DNA of 60,707 nucleotides. Source: Burkholderiales bacterium (GTDB taxonomy: Bacteria; Pseudomonadota; Gammaproteobacteria; Burkholderiales; SG8-39). The notes beneath the pieces were generated by a model. The model ran no database searches. It had not been told where the DNA came from and worked only from the letters and a program-made list of their open reading frames with translations. Position numbers and translations under genes: made by a program. Positions 17,348-26,500 of this stretch are shown here, in pieces (the stretch's first letter is position 1; every line of letters starts with the position of its first letter). The DNA is taken from contig JAYRND010000065.1 in NCBI GenBank assembly GCA_041904885.1, positions 1-60,707 of the forward strand, read 5' to 3'.

Positions 17348-18327
17348 CGCGTCAGGCCGTGATACGCGGACCAGACGCGGCGCAGCACCCGGTTGGCCAG
17401 CGGGGAGCGCGCGCGCAGCCCGGCCACCCAGCCGGCCAGCCGGCCGTGCAGGAGGCGGGAAAGCAGGAACGCGTTGAGCCGCGCCTTGCGGTAGCTGAAG
17501 CCGCGCTCGGCGAGCGACGCGGCCTTCTCCTCGGAGAGGAGCGTCGAGAACGACGACGGATCGGTGGTGAAGCGCTCCGGGTAGACGATCCCGGATTTCC
17601 GCCAGTCGACGAGGTGCACGTTGTCGGCGAGCACCTTCGCCCAGAGCGCGAGCAGCCGCCGGTCGATCTGCGCAGGGTCGTCAAGCCGGACGTCGATGCC
17701 GCTGCGCGCGAGCCAGCGCAGCGTCGCCGCCTGCTCGGGAAAAAGCCGCAGCCGGTCGCGCGCGCCGCCGGGCGATTCCGGCGGAAACAGCAGCACGTCC
17801 TCCGCGAACAGGCCGCCGTCCCAGAACGACAGCAGGTCGCGGGTGAGGCCGAACTGCGCGATGTCGGAGAAATGGAACAGCAGCGTGAACTTCTCCGGAT
17901 CGCGCAGGTAGAGGTTGCTCATCGTCAGCGGCCGCTCGAACAGGCTGCCGGGGCGCGCGGGCGCCGAGACGAGGAACCGGCGGTCGGCAAGCGCGAGGTC
18001 GCTGCGCAGCTTCAGGCTGTATCTGCGCCCTGCCCGCCGCAGGCCCGCCAGCGTGGAGCGCTGCAGGCGGTTGAGATTGATCGGCAGCCCGCTCGCCAGG
18101 ACGAAGCAGCCGGGATCCGGCGATTGCACGACCAGCGCGCCGGGCGCGATCGCCGCCGCATCCTCGCCCTGCCAGGTCGAGACGATGATTTCCGCCGCCG
18201 GCAGCACCGAGCGCACCGAGGCAAGGCAGCGCTCGATGCCTTCCGCCCGCCCGAGCAGGAGCGGGCCTTGGATGACGACCGAGATTTCGCCGTCGGCGAC
18301 CGCTGCAGGCTCAGGCGCGTGCGGCAA
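17236..18327 (-). CDS. WavE-like polysaccharide biosynthesis protein
   Basis: Track ORF 17236..18465, with the start tentatively moved to TTG 18327. The motif ISVVIQGPLL...AAEIIVSTWQGED is shared with the paralog at 23227..24258 and resembles the WavE family. The 3-prime end overlaps the next gene by 112 nt. Confidence 0.5.
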   Translation of the reverse strand: MPHAPEPAAVADGEISVVIQGPLLLGRAEGIERCLASVRSVLPAAEIIVSTWQGEDAAAIAPGALVVQSPDPGCFVLASGLPINLNRLQRSTLAGLRRAGRRYSLKLRSDLALADRRFLVSAPARPGSLFERPLTMSNLYLRDPEKFTLLFHFSDIAQFGLTRDLLSFWDGGLFAEDVLLFPPESPGGARDRLRLFPEQAATLRWLARSGIDVRLDDPAQIDRRLLALWAKVLADNVHLVDWRKSGIVYPERFTTDPSSFSTLLSEEKAASLAERGFSYRKARLNAFLLSRLLHGRLAGWVAGLRARSPLANRVLRRVWSAYHGLTRCRRAGPPRAPGSSSASRCSAARTCCWKSSWSGCSRR

Positions 18328-19060
18328 GCGCGGGACCCTTCGCGAGGAAGCGCTGCAGATCTTCCGGCGTTCCCAGGCCGTGCATGCCCACCCCTTCGCC
18401 TTCGATCGCAAAGGACCGGATGTCCGCGCCCTCGGCCACCAGCTGGTTATAGGTGGGCGCGACATAGAACTCGCCGTTGACGCGCAGGTCCGCGGCGATC
18501 ATGCTTCGCGCCGCGCGCACGAAATCCGCCCCGCGGCGGAAGTTGTAGATGCCGACGGTCGCTTCGCGCGACACGACCTTCTTCTCCACCACCTCGACGA
18601 TCCTGCCCGCCGGGTCCTTGCGCACATAGGACCATTTCGGGTCGCTCGCCGCGAAGGTCATGATCAGGCCGTCGCAGCCCGGCGCGTCCGCCTGGGCGAG
18701 GTACTGTTCCAGGTCGACGACCACGAACTGGTCGGTATTCGCGATCATCAGCGGCGCGTCGTTGTCGATGAACGCCTGCGCAAGCAGGACGGTGCAGGCG
18801 GCTCCCTCGGTCACCGTGTCGACGGGAACGATGGCGCAGCCGGGCGACGCGCGCTGCAGCACCGCTCCGATGTCCCATCGCTCGAGGTGCTCGCGCAGCG
18901 CGACGAAGACCACCCGGTGCGCCCGCGCCGGCCGCAGGTTCTCGACCACCAGCTCGATCATCGGCTTGCCGCGCACCGGGATGAGCGGCTTGGGCTGCGC
19001 GTAGCCCGCGACGGCGAAGCGGCTGCCGCGACCGGCGATCGGCAGGACGATGTTCAGCAC
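18311..19060 (-). CDS. sugar-phosphate nucleotidyltransferase (GT-A-like NTP-transferase fold), paralog 1
   Basis: 249 aa, MLNIVLPIAGRGSRFAVAGYAQPKPLIPVRGKPMIE..., the nucleotidyltransferase signature loop. Confidence 0.75.
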   Translation of the reverse strand: MLNIVLPIAGRGSRFAVAGYAQPKPLIPVRGKPMIELVVENLRPARAHRVVFVALREHLERWDIGAVLQRASPGCAIVPVDTVTEGAACTVLLAQAFIDNDAPLMIANTDQFVVVDLEQYLAQADAPGCDGLIMTFAASDPKWSYVRKDPAGRIVEVVEKKVVSREATVGIYNFRRGADFVRAARSMIAADLRVNGEFYVAPTYNQLVAEGADIRSFAIEGEGVGMHGLGTPEDLQRFLAKGPALAARA

Positions 19061-19069
19061 GCCGCGCCT

Positions 19070-19807
19070 TCAGGTCGCGGCTTTGGCGACCGGCAGCGCG
19101 GCGAAGGCCTCGACGTCTTCCGGCGTGCCCAGGCTGTGCATCTGCTCGCGCAGGATCGGGTGCACGGTGATCCGCTTGCCGGCAAGGATCAGCTCGTTGT
19201 AGGCGGGGCAGACGTAGAACTCGCCTTCCCGCGAGGCGTTCTTCATGATCGTGCGCTCGGCGGCGTCGAGGAAATCCTGCGCGCGGCGGAAGTAGTACAG
19301 GCCGGTGGTGGCCGACGAGCTGATCGGCCGCTTCTCGGCGACAGCCGCCACCTCGCCATCGACCAGCTTGACGAAGGACCACTTCGGATGGGTCGAGGGA
19401 AAGGTCATGATGCAGCCGTCGGACTGGGTGCGCCGCGCCGTGGCGAGAAACGCGTCGATGCCGCCCTCCACGAACTGGTCGCTGTTGGCGACCAGCAGCT
19501 CGCCGGAGCCGGCCATGTGCTCCGTAGCCAGCAGCACGCTGCACAGAGCGCCCGCGGTGGCCTCGCGCATCACCGTCACGCTGCAGCCGGGCGCGATCAG
19601 CCGGAGCACGTCATCCAGGGCGTAGCGCTGGACGTGCTCGCGGCGGCAGACGAAGACGAAACGATGGGGCTCGGCAGGGGTCAGGTTGCGCACCACCACC
19701 TCCACCATCGGGCGGCCCTGGATCTCTACCAGGGGCTTGGGGAAGGTATGGCCCGCCTCGGCGAAGCGCTTGCCCTCCCCCGCCATCGGCATGACGATGG
19801 TCAGCAT
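19070..19807 (-). CDS. sugar-phosphate nucleotidyltransferase, paralog 2
   Basis: Start trimmed to ATG 19807 within track ORF 19070..20386. MLTIVMPMAGEGKRFAEAGHTFPKPLVEIQGRPMVE... is colinear with paralog 1 over its whole length. Confidence 0.75.
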   Translation of the reverse strand: MLTIVMPMAGEGKRFAEAGHTFPKPLVEIQGRPMVEVVVRNLTPAEPHRFVFVCRREHVQRYALDDVLRLIAPGCSVTVMREATAGALCSVLLATEHMAGSGELLVANSDQFVEGGIDAFLATARRTQSDGCIMTFPSTHPKWSFVKLVDGEVAAVAEKRPISSSATTGLYYFRRAQDFLDAAERTIMKNASREGEFYVCPAYNELILAGKRITVHPILREQMHSLGTPEDVEAFAALPVAKAAT

Positions 19808-20442
19808 CAGCGCGCCCCTCCGGCGGCGGCACCGTCCATGTAGGCGCGCAGGCGCCAGTAATCGACCTCCGGGAAGCCCGAAACCGGGAGGACGCGCGCG
19901 CCGGCGCGCTTCGCAGCCTCGACGCCGTGCTGCGCGTCCTCGACGACGATGACCTGATCCGCCTTCAGCCGCAGCCGCTCCAGCGCTTTCAGGTAGATCT
20001 CCGGATCCGGCTTCGGGCGGGTGATTTCCTCGTTGCTGAGGACGAACTCGAAGTAGGGGCGGATGCCGGCGCGCTGCAGCATGAGCTCGGCGCTCTCCGC
20101 GATCGCGTTGGTGCACACCGCCATGCGCAGCCCGTCGCGCTTCAGGCGGCTCAGCATGTATTCCTTGTCGAACGAGGGCCAGCAGTGCCGCAGGATCTCC
20201 TCGCGAGTGTAGACCTGCTTGAGGCGGTTGATCAGCCCGTGCAGGGCCGCCGGCAGGCCCTTTTCCAGCGACAGCATTTCCAGCTTGGTACGCGTCGGCA
20301 GGCCGTTGTAGGCGGCAAGGTGCTCGTAGCGGGAGATCTGGTAGCCGAACAGCTTCAGCGCGCGGTTGAGCGCCTCGAAATGCCACTCGGTGGCATCCAC
20401 CAGGACGCCATCGAGGTCGAAGATGACGGCCTTGGGCGGCAA
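19807..20442 (-). CDS. HAD-superfamily (subfamily IA-like) phosphatase
   Basis: 211 aa with motif I (VIFDLDGVLVD) and C-terminal motif VVEDAQHGVEAAKRAGA. Its stop shares 1 nt with the downstream ATG. Confidence 0.85.
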   Translation of the reverse strand: MPPKAVIFDLDGVLVDATEWHFEALNRALKLFGYQISRYEHLAAYNGLPTRTKLEMLSLEKGLPAALHGLINRLKQVYTREEILRHCWPSFDKEYMLSRLKRDGLRMAVCTNAIAESAELMLQRAGIRPYFEFVLSNEEITRPKPDPEIYLKALERLRLKADQVIVVEDAQHGVEAAKRAGARVLPVSGFPEVDYWRLRAYMDGAAAGGAR

Positions 20443-20446
20443 GGCC

Positions 20447-21943
20447 TTACGCGCCCTGAGCGGAGGCGGTGCGCGGCGCTTCGGGCGCCTCCGGCATGGC
20501 CCAGTCGTACTCCTGCTCCTCCACCACCTTGTACTGCGCGGACATGTAGAACTTCGGATCGGCGATCCGGCGCCCGACCTTGATCGGACGCGCCTCCGCG
20601 AAGCCGAACAGCTCGCCGTAGTCGCCCTGGAAACCGTCGCAGATCGAAGCCACGTCGCAGCTCTTGCAGGCGCCGCACTTGGAGAAGCTGTGCACGGAGA
20701 GCGGCATCAGCCTTCGCGCCTCGCGGTGCAGGTACTCGTGCCATTCCAGCCGCGGGCTGGTCCCGATGATCTCTTGCACGAACTTGATGACCCGCTCGGC
20801 AAGGACCGCGACCGGCAACAGCGGATGGTCGGCCGCCGGCGGCGCCTTCATCTCCGGCGCGCTTGCCGGCGCGCCGCCGCGGCCGATCGCGGATGCATCG
20901 ATGCGGAACTCCGAGGGCTTCGCCGCGGCGGTTTGCGGATACTGGCGCCGAAGGAATTCGATCGCCCATTCGGCGGTGCCGCGCAGCCAGCGCGGACCCG
21001 AGCGAGCGAGCCACATCAGCCGGCGATGCCAGATCGCCTCCTCCACCCGCCGGGGCGCGGACAGCGGCAGCGCCGCCTGCCTCTGGTTCGGCTGCGAGGT
21101 CCAGACTTCCGCCGCAGCCTCCCACTCGTGCAGGTCGTAGACGATCTGCTGGAAGTTCTGCGAGAACTTCCGGTGCCGCTCCTCGAACACGCAGAAAGGG
21201 AAGTAGCGCACGTTGCACTCGACGTTGCGCCGGTCGAATTCGTCGAGGATCGGCGTGAGCACCTTCATCACCTCGGCGTAGGTCGCGACCGTGTCGCTGT
21301 TGCGCTTGCCGCTGGTCTGGTCGACGAACGGGTTGAAAGCGATGAAGTTCATCGCCCGCGCGCCGCTGCGGAAGGTGAGCTCCGCGAGCTGCGGCAGCTG
21401 CTCGACCACCGGCTTGGACAGCACGCAGTTGAGCCGGAACGGGATGCCGAGCTCGCTCAGGTTCGCGAGCGCCTACATCTGCTTCTCGCTGCCGCCCGGC
21501 AGGCCAACGATCTTGTCGTAGGTCTCGCCGATGCCGTGGATGCTGAACAGGAAGTCGTAGACGCCGGCGTCCTTCAGCCGCTGGCAGACGTCCTTCTTCG
21601 CCAGCATGACCCCGTTGGTGATCAGCGTCGGCTTCAGGCCGATCCGGCTGCAGTACGCGACCAGCTCGTAGATCGGCCCCCACACCGTCGGCTCGCCGCC
21701 CTGGATGTCGATCGAGCTGCAGCCGTAATGCTCGCGCAGCACCCGGCACATTTCCTTCGCTTTCTGCAGCGACATCATCGGGTGCTCTGGATGCTCGCGC
21801 GCGTTGATCTTGTCGAGGAAGTAGCAGAAATAGCAGCGGATGTTGCAGGTCTGGCCGAGCCAGAGCACGCCGCGGCGGTTCAGCACGCGGTGCCGCGTCA
21901 TCGAGAAGCCCTGCGTGGGGGCCAGGCCGGCGCGCGCGTTCAT
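20447..21943 (-). pseudogene. radical SAM enzyme with Cys-rich C-terminal (SPASM/twitch-like) region, interrupted by one in-frame TAG at 21473..21475
   Basis: Track ORFs 21473..22171 and 20447..21424 are in the same frame. The read-through is ...GLPGGSEKQM*ALANLSELGIPFRLNCVLSKPVVEQLP.... The CxxxCxxC motif is CNIRCYFC and the C-terminal motif is CGACKSCDVASIC. ATG 21943 overlaps the upstream stop (ATGA). Confidence 0.7.
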
Positions 21944-23214
21944 GGCTCGGCGGGCACAGGCCCGAGGCCCAGCAGCGCGCGCGGCTTCGCTCCCATGACC
22001 GTGACGTCGTGCGCGCGCGCCCACAGCTCGCGGTTCGACCGCCCGACCGCGGCCCTGCGCTCCTCGCTCCAGTCGAGCGCCGCCTCGAGCGCCCGCTTGA
22101 TCGCCGGTATGCCGGCCTCGCGGATCGCGATTCCGGCGCCGTTCTCCTCCACGTAATCGTGCAGCGCCCATTGCGGATGGCCGAGCGAGATGACCGGCCG
22201 GCCCACCGACAGGTAGTCCGAAAGCTTGGTGGCCAGCGAATGCTTGAACAGCAGGATGTTGCGCTCGTCGAAGGTCGTCGTCGCCACCAGGTAATCCGAT
22301 TCGAGATAGTTCTTCACCAGTTCATCCTTCGTGCAGAACCCCTTGTACAGCACCTTGCCGGGAATCGAGATCTGGTTGGCGATCGGCGCGAACTCCCAGG
22401 GAGTATAGATATGCAGCTCCACCCGCCGCCGCGTCGCCAGCTCCGCCAGCGCATAGGAAAATAGTACCAGCGTTTCCCCCTGCAGGTGCCAGTTCAGCGC
22501 GCCGGCAAACGTGACGACGAGCGGTCCGGAATTGCGCCTGGGCGGCGCCTCGGCCGCGCCGCGCAGCAGGTCGTAACAGGCGTTATTCGCCGTCTCGTGA
22601 CGAATTGCATAGCGGCGCGTGAGCAACTCTGCTAACCGAGCACTGTTCGAGAAAGCGAACTCGGTCATCGGCGCGATGGCGCGCATCTCCGCTGCGATCG
22701 CCAGTCCGATGTAGCCGCCCAGCGGCCCCCAGACCCCGGCCTGCTCCGACATCCAGTCGTCCATGTTGAGCATCACCACCGGCACCGAATAATGGCCGGC
22801 CAGCGTCCGCGCCAGGCGCAGCATCCGGTAGGACAGGGGCGCCGTGAATACGATCTCGGGCCGGAACCCTGCGGCGTCGATCCTCGCGATCGCAGCGCGC
22901 GTGTCCCGGCCGGAAACGCGGTCAAGGACATGCGCTGCCAGCGCGTGGGCGCGCCGCAGGTTCATGGCGAGGGTTCCCTCCGGAATCAGGACCGGGCTGA
23001 CTGCCGGCCGAAAGGTCTGCGCCGGACGGCCGTCGCGCCGCGACAGCAGGTGCATGCAGCCGGAGTACTCGGGGGCGGGCGTGATGTTCTGATACGTGTA
23101 GAAGCCGAACATCTTCTCCGGCGCTGCTCCGCGCAGCACGGCGTAGGCGACGATCCCGCCACCCTGCACCGGCGACAGGGCGTTTTCAGCGAGATACAGG
23201 ATGTTTTTCTGCAC
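21940..23214 (-). CDS. GT-B fold glycosyltransferase (GT4-like)
   Basis: 424 aa. The C-terminal half carries a GT1/GT4-type motif (FKHSLATKLSDYLSVGRPVISLG, compare PSKLxEYxAxGxPVI). Confidence 0.55.
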   Translation of the reverse strand: MQKNILYLAENALSPVQGGGIVAYAVLRGAAPEKMFGFYTYQNITPAPEYSGCMHLLSRRDGRPAQTFRPAVSPVLIPEGTLAMNLRRAHALAAHVLDRVSGRDTRAAIARIDAAGFRPEIVFTAPLSYRMLRLARTLAGHYSVPVVMLNMDDWMSEQAGVWGPLGGYIGLAIAAEMRAIAPMTEFAFSNSARLAELLTRRYAIRHETANNACYDLLRGAAEAPPRRNSGPLVVTFAGALNWHLQGETLVLFSYALAELATRRRVELHIYTPWEFAPIANQISIPGKVLYKGFCTKDELVKNYLESDYLVATTTFDERNILLFKHSLATKLSDYLSVGRPVISLGHPQWALHDYVEENGAGIAIREAGIPAIKRALEAALDWSEERRAAVGRSNRELWARAHDVTVMGAKPRALLGLGPVPAEP

Positions 23215-23226
23215 GCCGGCGCCGCC

Positions 23227-24258
23227 TCAGCGCGTCAGTCGCGGCGGTCCGCCGAAGGCGAAGCTTGCGCCCTCGCGCCTTGCCGCCGAGAGCTCGGCTT
23301 CCCAAACCGCCGCGGAGGGCTCCAGCCCGTAATACAGCGACTGCCAGAAATGCGGCGACACGAGCTCATCCACCGCGCGCGGCTGCAGGTGCAGCGGCCG
23401 TTTCAGCCAGTACAGGTCGAACCACGCGTCATCGACCACGATGAAATAGTCGCGCAGCAGCCGCCAGTAGGCCGCCATCGCCTCCTCGCCGGGGCGCAAG
23501 CCGACGGCCTGGGCGAAGCGCAACCCCAGGTAGCATTCCGGCAGCAGGCCCTCCATGCCGATCCGCTCGAGCGTCTGGCTTCCCCAACTGTAGTCGGCCT
23601 GCGCGAGTTCCCGTTCGTCGAGCGGGACGTTCCAGTAGCGTGCGAGGTCCGCAAGGTCGCCGAGCATCACGATGTCCGACACGTGGAACGGAAAATACTT
23701 CTTGGTGTAGGTCTGCGGGACGCAGATCCTGCCCGACAGCCCTGCGGCGCGCACGGCCTTGTCGTCGAGAAGCGCGCCCATGGACCGGTAGAGGGAGAAC
23801 AGTTGCGGCGACATGAGGCAGGTGTCCGTGCGCATCTTGATTGCGGTACGCACGCCCAGCTCGCGAGCCCTCGTCAGTCCGGCGTTCGTCGACGCGATCT
23901 GCAGGTTGCGATTGCTGCCGCCTCGCCGGATGGGCGGAACGGAGAGGACTACGGCATCGCAGAACTTCCGCAGCCGATCCAGCAGAGCGACGTCGGAATC
24001 CTGCCAGGTCGAAAGCACGATCGTTTCGCGCGCGTACAGCCGGCGCAGGCAAGCGAGCGATCTCTCGGTGTCGGCGCTGACCGGGCCCTGCACGACAAAG
24101 CCGTCCTCAGCCCTGCCGCCACCATCGACTTCCCCGCCCTCGATGAGCGTCTGGCAGCGTCGTTCAAAACGCTGCAGTACCGCGTCGCCCCCTGTCGCGA
24201 CGCCCCGTCCCAGTACGCGCTCAAGCAACTTGGACAGGGTCGCGCGAGGGGAATCCAT
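23227..24258 (-). CDS. WavE-like polysaccharide biosynthesis protein, paralog 2
   Basis: 343 aa. GFVVQGPVS...RETIVLSTWQDSDVA has the same motif pair as 17236..18327. Confidence 0.5.
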   Translation of the reverse strand: MDSPRATLSKLLERVLGRGVATGGDAVLQRFERRCQTLIEGGEVDGGGRAEDGFVVQGPVSADTERSLACLRRLYARETIVLSTWQDSDVALLDRLRKFCDAVVLSVPPIRRGGSNRNLQIASTNAGLTRARELGVRTAIKMRTDTCLMSPQLFSLYRSMGALLDDKAVRAAGLSGRICVPQTYTKKYFPFHVSDIVMLGDLADLARYWNVPLDERELAQADYSWGSQTLERIGMEGLLPECYLGLRFAQAVGLRPGEEAMAAYWRLLRDYFIVVDDAWFDLYWLKRPLHLQPRAVDELVSPHFWQSLYYGLEPSAAVWEAELSAARREGASFAFGGPPRLTR

Positions 24259-24262
24259 CGGT

Positions 24263-24583
24263 TCAGACCGGGTGCTTGTCGGAGGGCACGCTTGGACTCT
24301 TCACGACCACGGTGATCGCGTCCTCCAGGACGTGGAACTCCGCCGGCTCGCCGGGGGCTAGCTCGACAATGTCGCCCTCGCCGAACGCCTGTCCGTTCAT
24401 GGTCACCCGACCCGACACGACCAGGGTCAGCTCGGTGGCAAGGCGATGCACATGGGCGGCCTCGCGATCGCCCGCCCGGTAGCGCTTCACCGCTACCTCA
24501 CACTCGGAAAGCCTGAGCACGCTCGGCTGGAACTGGCCGACGAACCAGCCGCCACGCATGTCCGCCAGCTTGTGAACCCTCAT
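24263..24583 (-). CDS. small cupin-domain protein
   Basis: 106 aa with a single cupin barrel, including His-containing strand motifs (AAHVHRLATELTLVVSGRV...GDIVELAPGEPAEFH). Confidence 0.65.
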   Translation of the reverse strand: MRVHKLADMRGGWFVGQFQPSVLRLSECEVAVKRYRAGDREAAHVHRLATELTLVVSGRVTMNGQAFGEGDIVELAPGEPAEFHVLEDAITVVVKSPSVPSDKHPV

Positions 24584-24611
24584 GGGACAGGATTATCCAC
24601 GGCAGAGGGGA

Positions 24612-25274
24612 TCAGAGGCTGCGGACAAGCAGGTCGGGGCAGTCCGTGCAGATGCCATCCACGCCCCAGCGGGCGAGGTCTCTCCAGCGCGCTTTCGCCT
24701 GCGCGACCGACCTGCCGTGCAATTCGGGCGACACGGCGAAGACCGCTTTGCCGGCGCCTTTGAGCGCGGCGATGGTCTCCTCCGTCGCCCAGGGGCCGTC
24801 GAATTCATCCAGCCAGACGATGTCCGCCACCTCGATGCCGAGGGCGCGCTCCAGCGGCTCCGCGCGGTCGCTGACACGCGCCGCCAGCGGTACCGCCGCG
24901 TCGAGGCTCCGGTACAAGCGCGCGGTCTCCCCGGGGCGCGGTTCGATCAGCTCCATGTCGAAGAGGAACAACTGTCGTGTCACGCCCAGACCGTTCAGCG
25001 CTTCGAGCAGCGCTCCCTCGTGGCCAAGCTCCTTGATGTTGAGCGCGATGCGCGCGCCGGGGTGGCGCCGCCACAGCGCGCAGTGCTCCGCGAGCAGCAT
25101 TCCCGCGCCCGGCGCCGCCGCATCGTGCGAAATATAGAAGCCCCGTTCCGGCGCATGGCGCACGTCGGTCTCCAGGCCATAGCCGCGCGACAGGGCCTCG
25201 CCGATCAGCGCCAAGCTGTTTTCCCGCGCCGGCTCGGGACCGGAAACGTTCCCGCGATGAGCGAGGATGATCAT
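24612..25274 (-). CDS. glycerophosphodiester phosphodiesterase (GDPD) family protein
   Basis: Start trimmed to ATG 25274 (ATGA overlap with the wzt stop). MIILAHRGNVSGPEPARENSLALIGEALSRGYGLETDVR is the GDPD HRG...EN...E-D signature. Confidence 0.7.
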   Translation of the reverse strand: MIILAHRGNVSGPEPARENSLALIGEALSRGYGLETDVRHAPERGFYISHDAAAPGAGMLLAEHCALWRRHPGARIALNIKELGHEGALLEALNGLGVTRQLFLFDMELIEPRPGETARLYRSLDAAVPLAARVSDRAEPLERALGIEVADIVWLDEFDGPWATEETIAALKGAGKAVFAVSPELHGRSVAQAKARWRDLARWGVDGICTDCPDLLVRSL

Positions 25275-26500
25275 TCGACCCGGCGCCAGGCCCACGACGG
25301 GCGGAATACTCCCGACCACTTCTCCGCCGGGAACCTGCGCCCCAGCCCGCTGCTGTTCTTCAGTTCGAACAGCAGGCCGCCCGCGCGGTCGATGATCCTG
25401 CGCTTGTTGTGAATGCCAAAGTCGAAGTTCACGGCGTAGGTGCCGGCGGCGAGGGTATTGGGGGGGACGACGAGCTCCCATGCGAATTCGCCTGGCGCAT
25501 GCTCCCCGGCCGGCGGCGGCAGCGCATCGTCGTGCGCGGAATAGGCGAGCAACCCGTCCCGCTCGTTGCTGAGCTCGACCGCCGCCACCAGGTCCCGTAT
25601 CGGCCGCAGCAGCTCGGCCCGGAAGCCGATGAAGATCGCGCCGTCGGTGAAGCCGCCGCGCTCGTCGGGAAACCGCACGTAGGTCGAACGCAGCCGCAGG
25701 TTCTCGTCGCCCTCGTCGCCGCTCCAGCGCTCGATCATGCGCCGTTGCTGGATGGTGTCGAGGTAAGCCGACACGACCTCGCTGGCATCGCCGACTTTCG
25801 CCACCCGACCGCAATCGAGCCAGGCGGCGCGGTGGCAGAAGTTGCTGATCGCCGCCTGATTGTGGCTCACGAAGACGACGACCCGGGATGCCGCGACGAG
25901 CGCGCGCATGCGTGCCACGCACTTGCGCTGGAACGGTACGTCCCCCACCGACAGTGCCTCGTCCACCAGCAGTATGTCCGGGTCCATGTGCGCGGCCACA
26001 GAGAACGCGAGCCGCGTGTACATCCCGCTCGAATAGTGCTTGACCGGCATTTCCAGGAACGGCTCGACCTCCGCGAAAGCGACGATTTCTTCGAAGCGGC
26101 CGCGCACCTGCGAAGGGCTCATGCCCTGGATCGCGCCGGCGAGGAGGACGTTCTCGCGCCCCGAGAGTTCGGGATGGAACCCGGTTCCGACTTCGAGCAG
26201 CGAGCCGACGCGGCCGCGGTAGCGCACCTCGCCGCTGCTCGGCGCGGTGACCTTGGCAAGGATCTTCAGCAGCGTGCTCTTGCCCGCGCCGTTGTTGCCG
26301 ATGAGGCCGAACGCTTCCCCTTCCTCGATTTCGAAGCTGACGTCATCCAGCGCGCGGAATTCCCGCGCCGGATCCGCTCCACTTCCCGGGCGCCGCAGCC
26401 AGCCGCCGATCGCCGCCTTGATCGTTCTATCCCCGGGAGCACGGCCGTCGACCCCCCGGTAGACCTTGCTGACGCCCGCGAACGTGACCGCGGCGCTCAT
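25271..26500 (-). CDS. wzt: polysaccharide ABC exporter ATP-binding protein Wzt/TagH-type with extended C-terminal domain
   Basis: Last 409 aa of track ORF 25271..28414. Walker A GNNGAGKSTLLK, signature YSSGMYTRLAF and Walker B ILLVDEALSVGD are present, followed by a non-ATPase tail of about 160 aa. ATG 26500 overlaps the wzm stop (ATGA). Confidence 0.9.
   Translation of the reverse strand: MSAAVTFAGVSKVYRGVDGRAPGDRTIKAAIGGWLRRPGSGADPAREFRALDDVSFEIEEGEAFGLIGNNGAGKSTLLKILAKVTAPSSGEVRYRGRVGSLLEVGTGFHPELSGRENVLLAGAIQGMSPSQVRGRFEEIVAFAEVEPFLEMPVKHYSSGMYTRLAFSVAAHMDPDILLVDEALSVGDVPFQRKCVARMRALVAASRVVVFVSHNQAAISNFCHRAAWLDCGRVAKVGDASEVVSAYLDTIQQRRMIERWSGDEGDENLRLRSTYVRFPDERGGFTDGAIFIGFRAELLRPIRDLVAAVELSNERDGLLAYSAHDDALPPPAGEHAPGEFAWELVVPPNTLAAGTYAVNFDFGIHNKRRIIDRAGGLLFELKNSSGLGRRFPAEKWSGVFRPSWAWRRVE

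Noticed and set aside
21473-21475. TAG as a programmed recoding site (pyrrolysine or similar)
   Set aside because: No pyl genes or other recoding machinery are visible, there is no obvious downstream recoding structure, and this is a single occurrence. A nonsense mutation or a sequencing error is far more likely. It is kept as a finding only as an interrupted gene.
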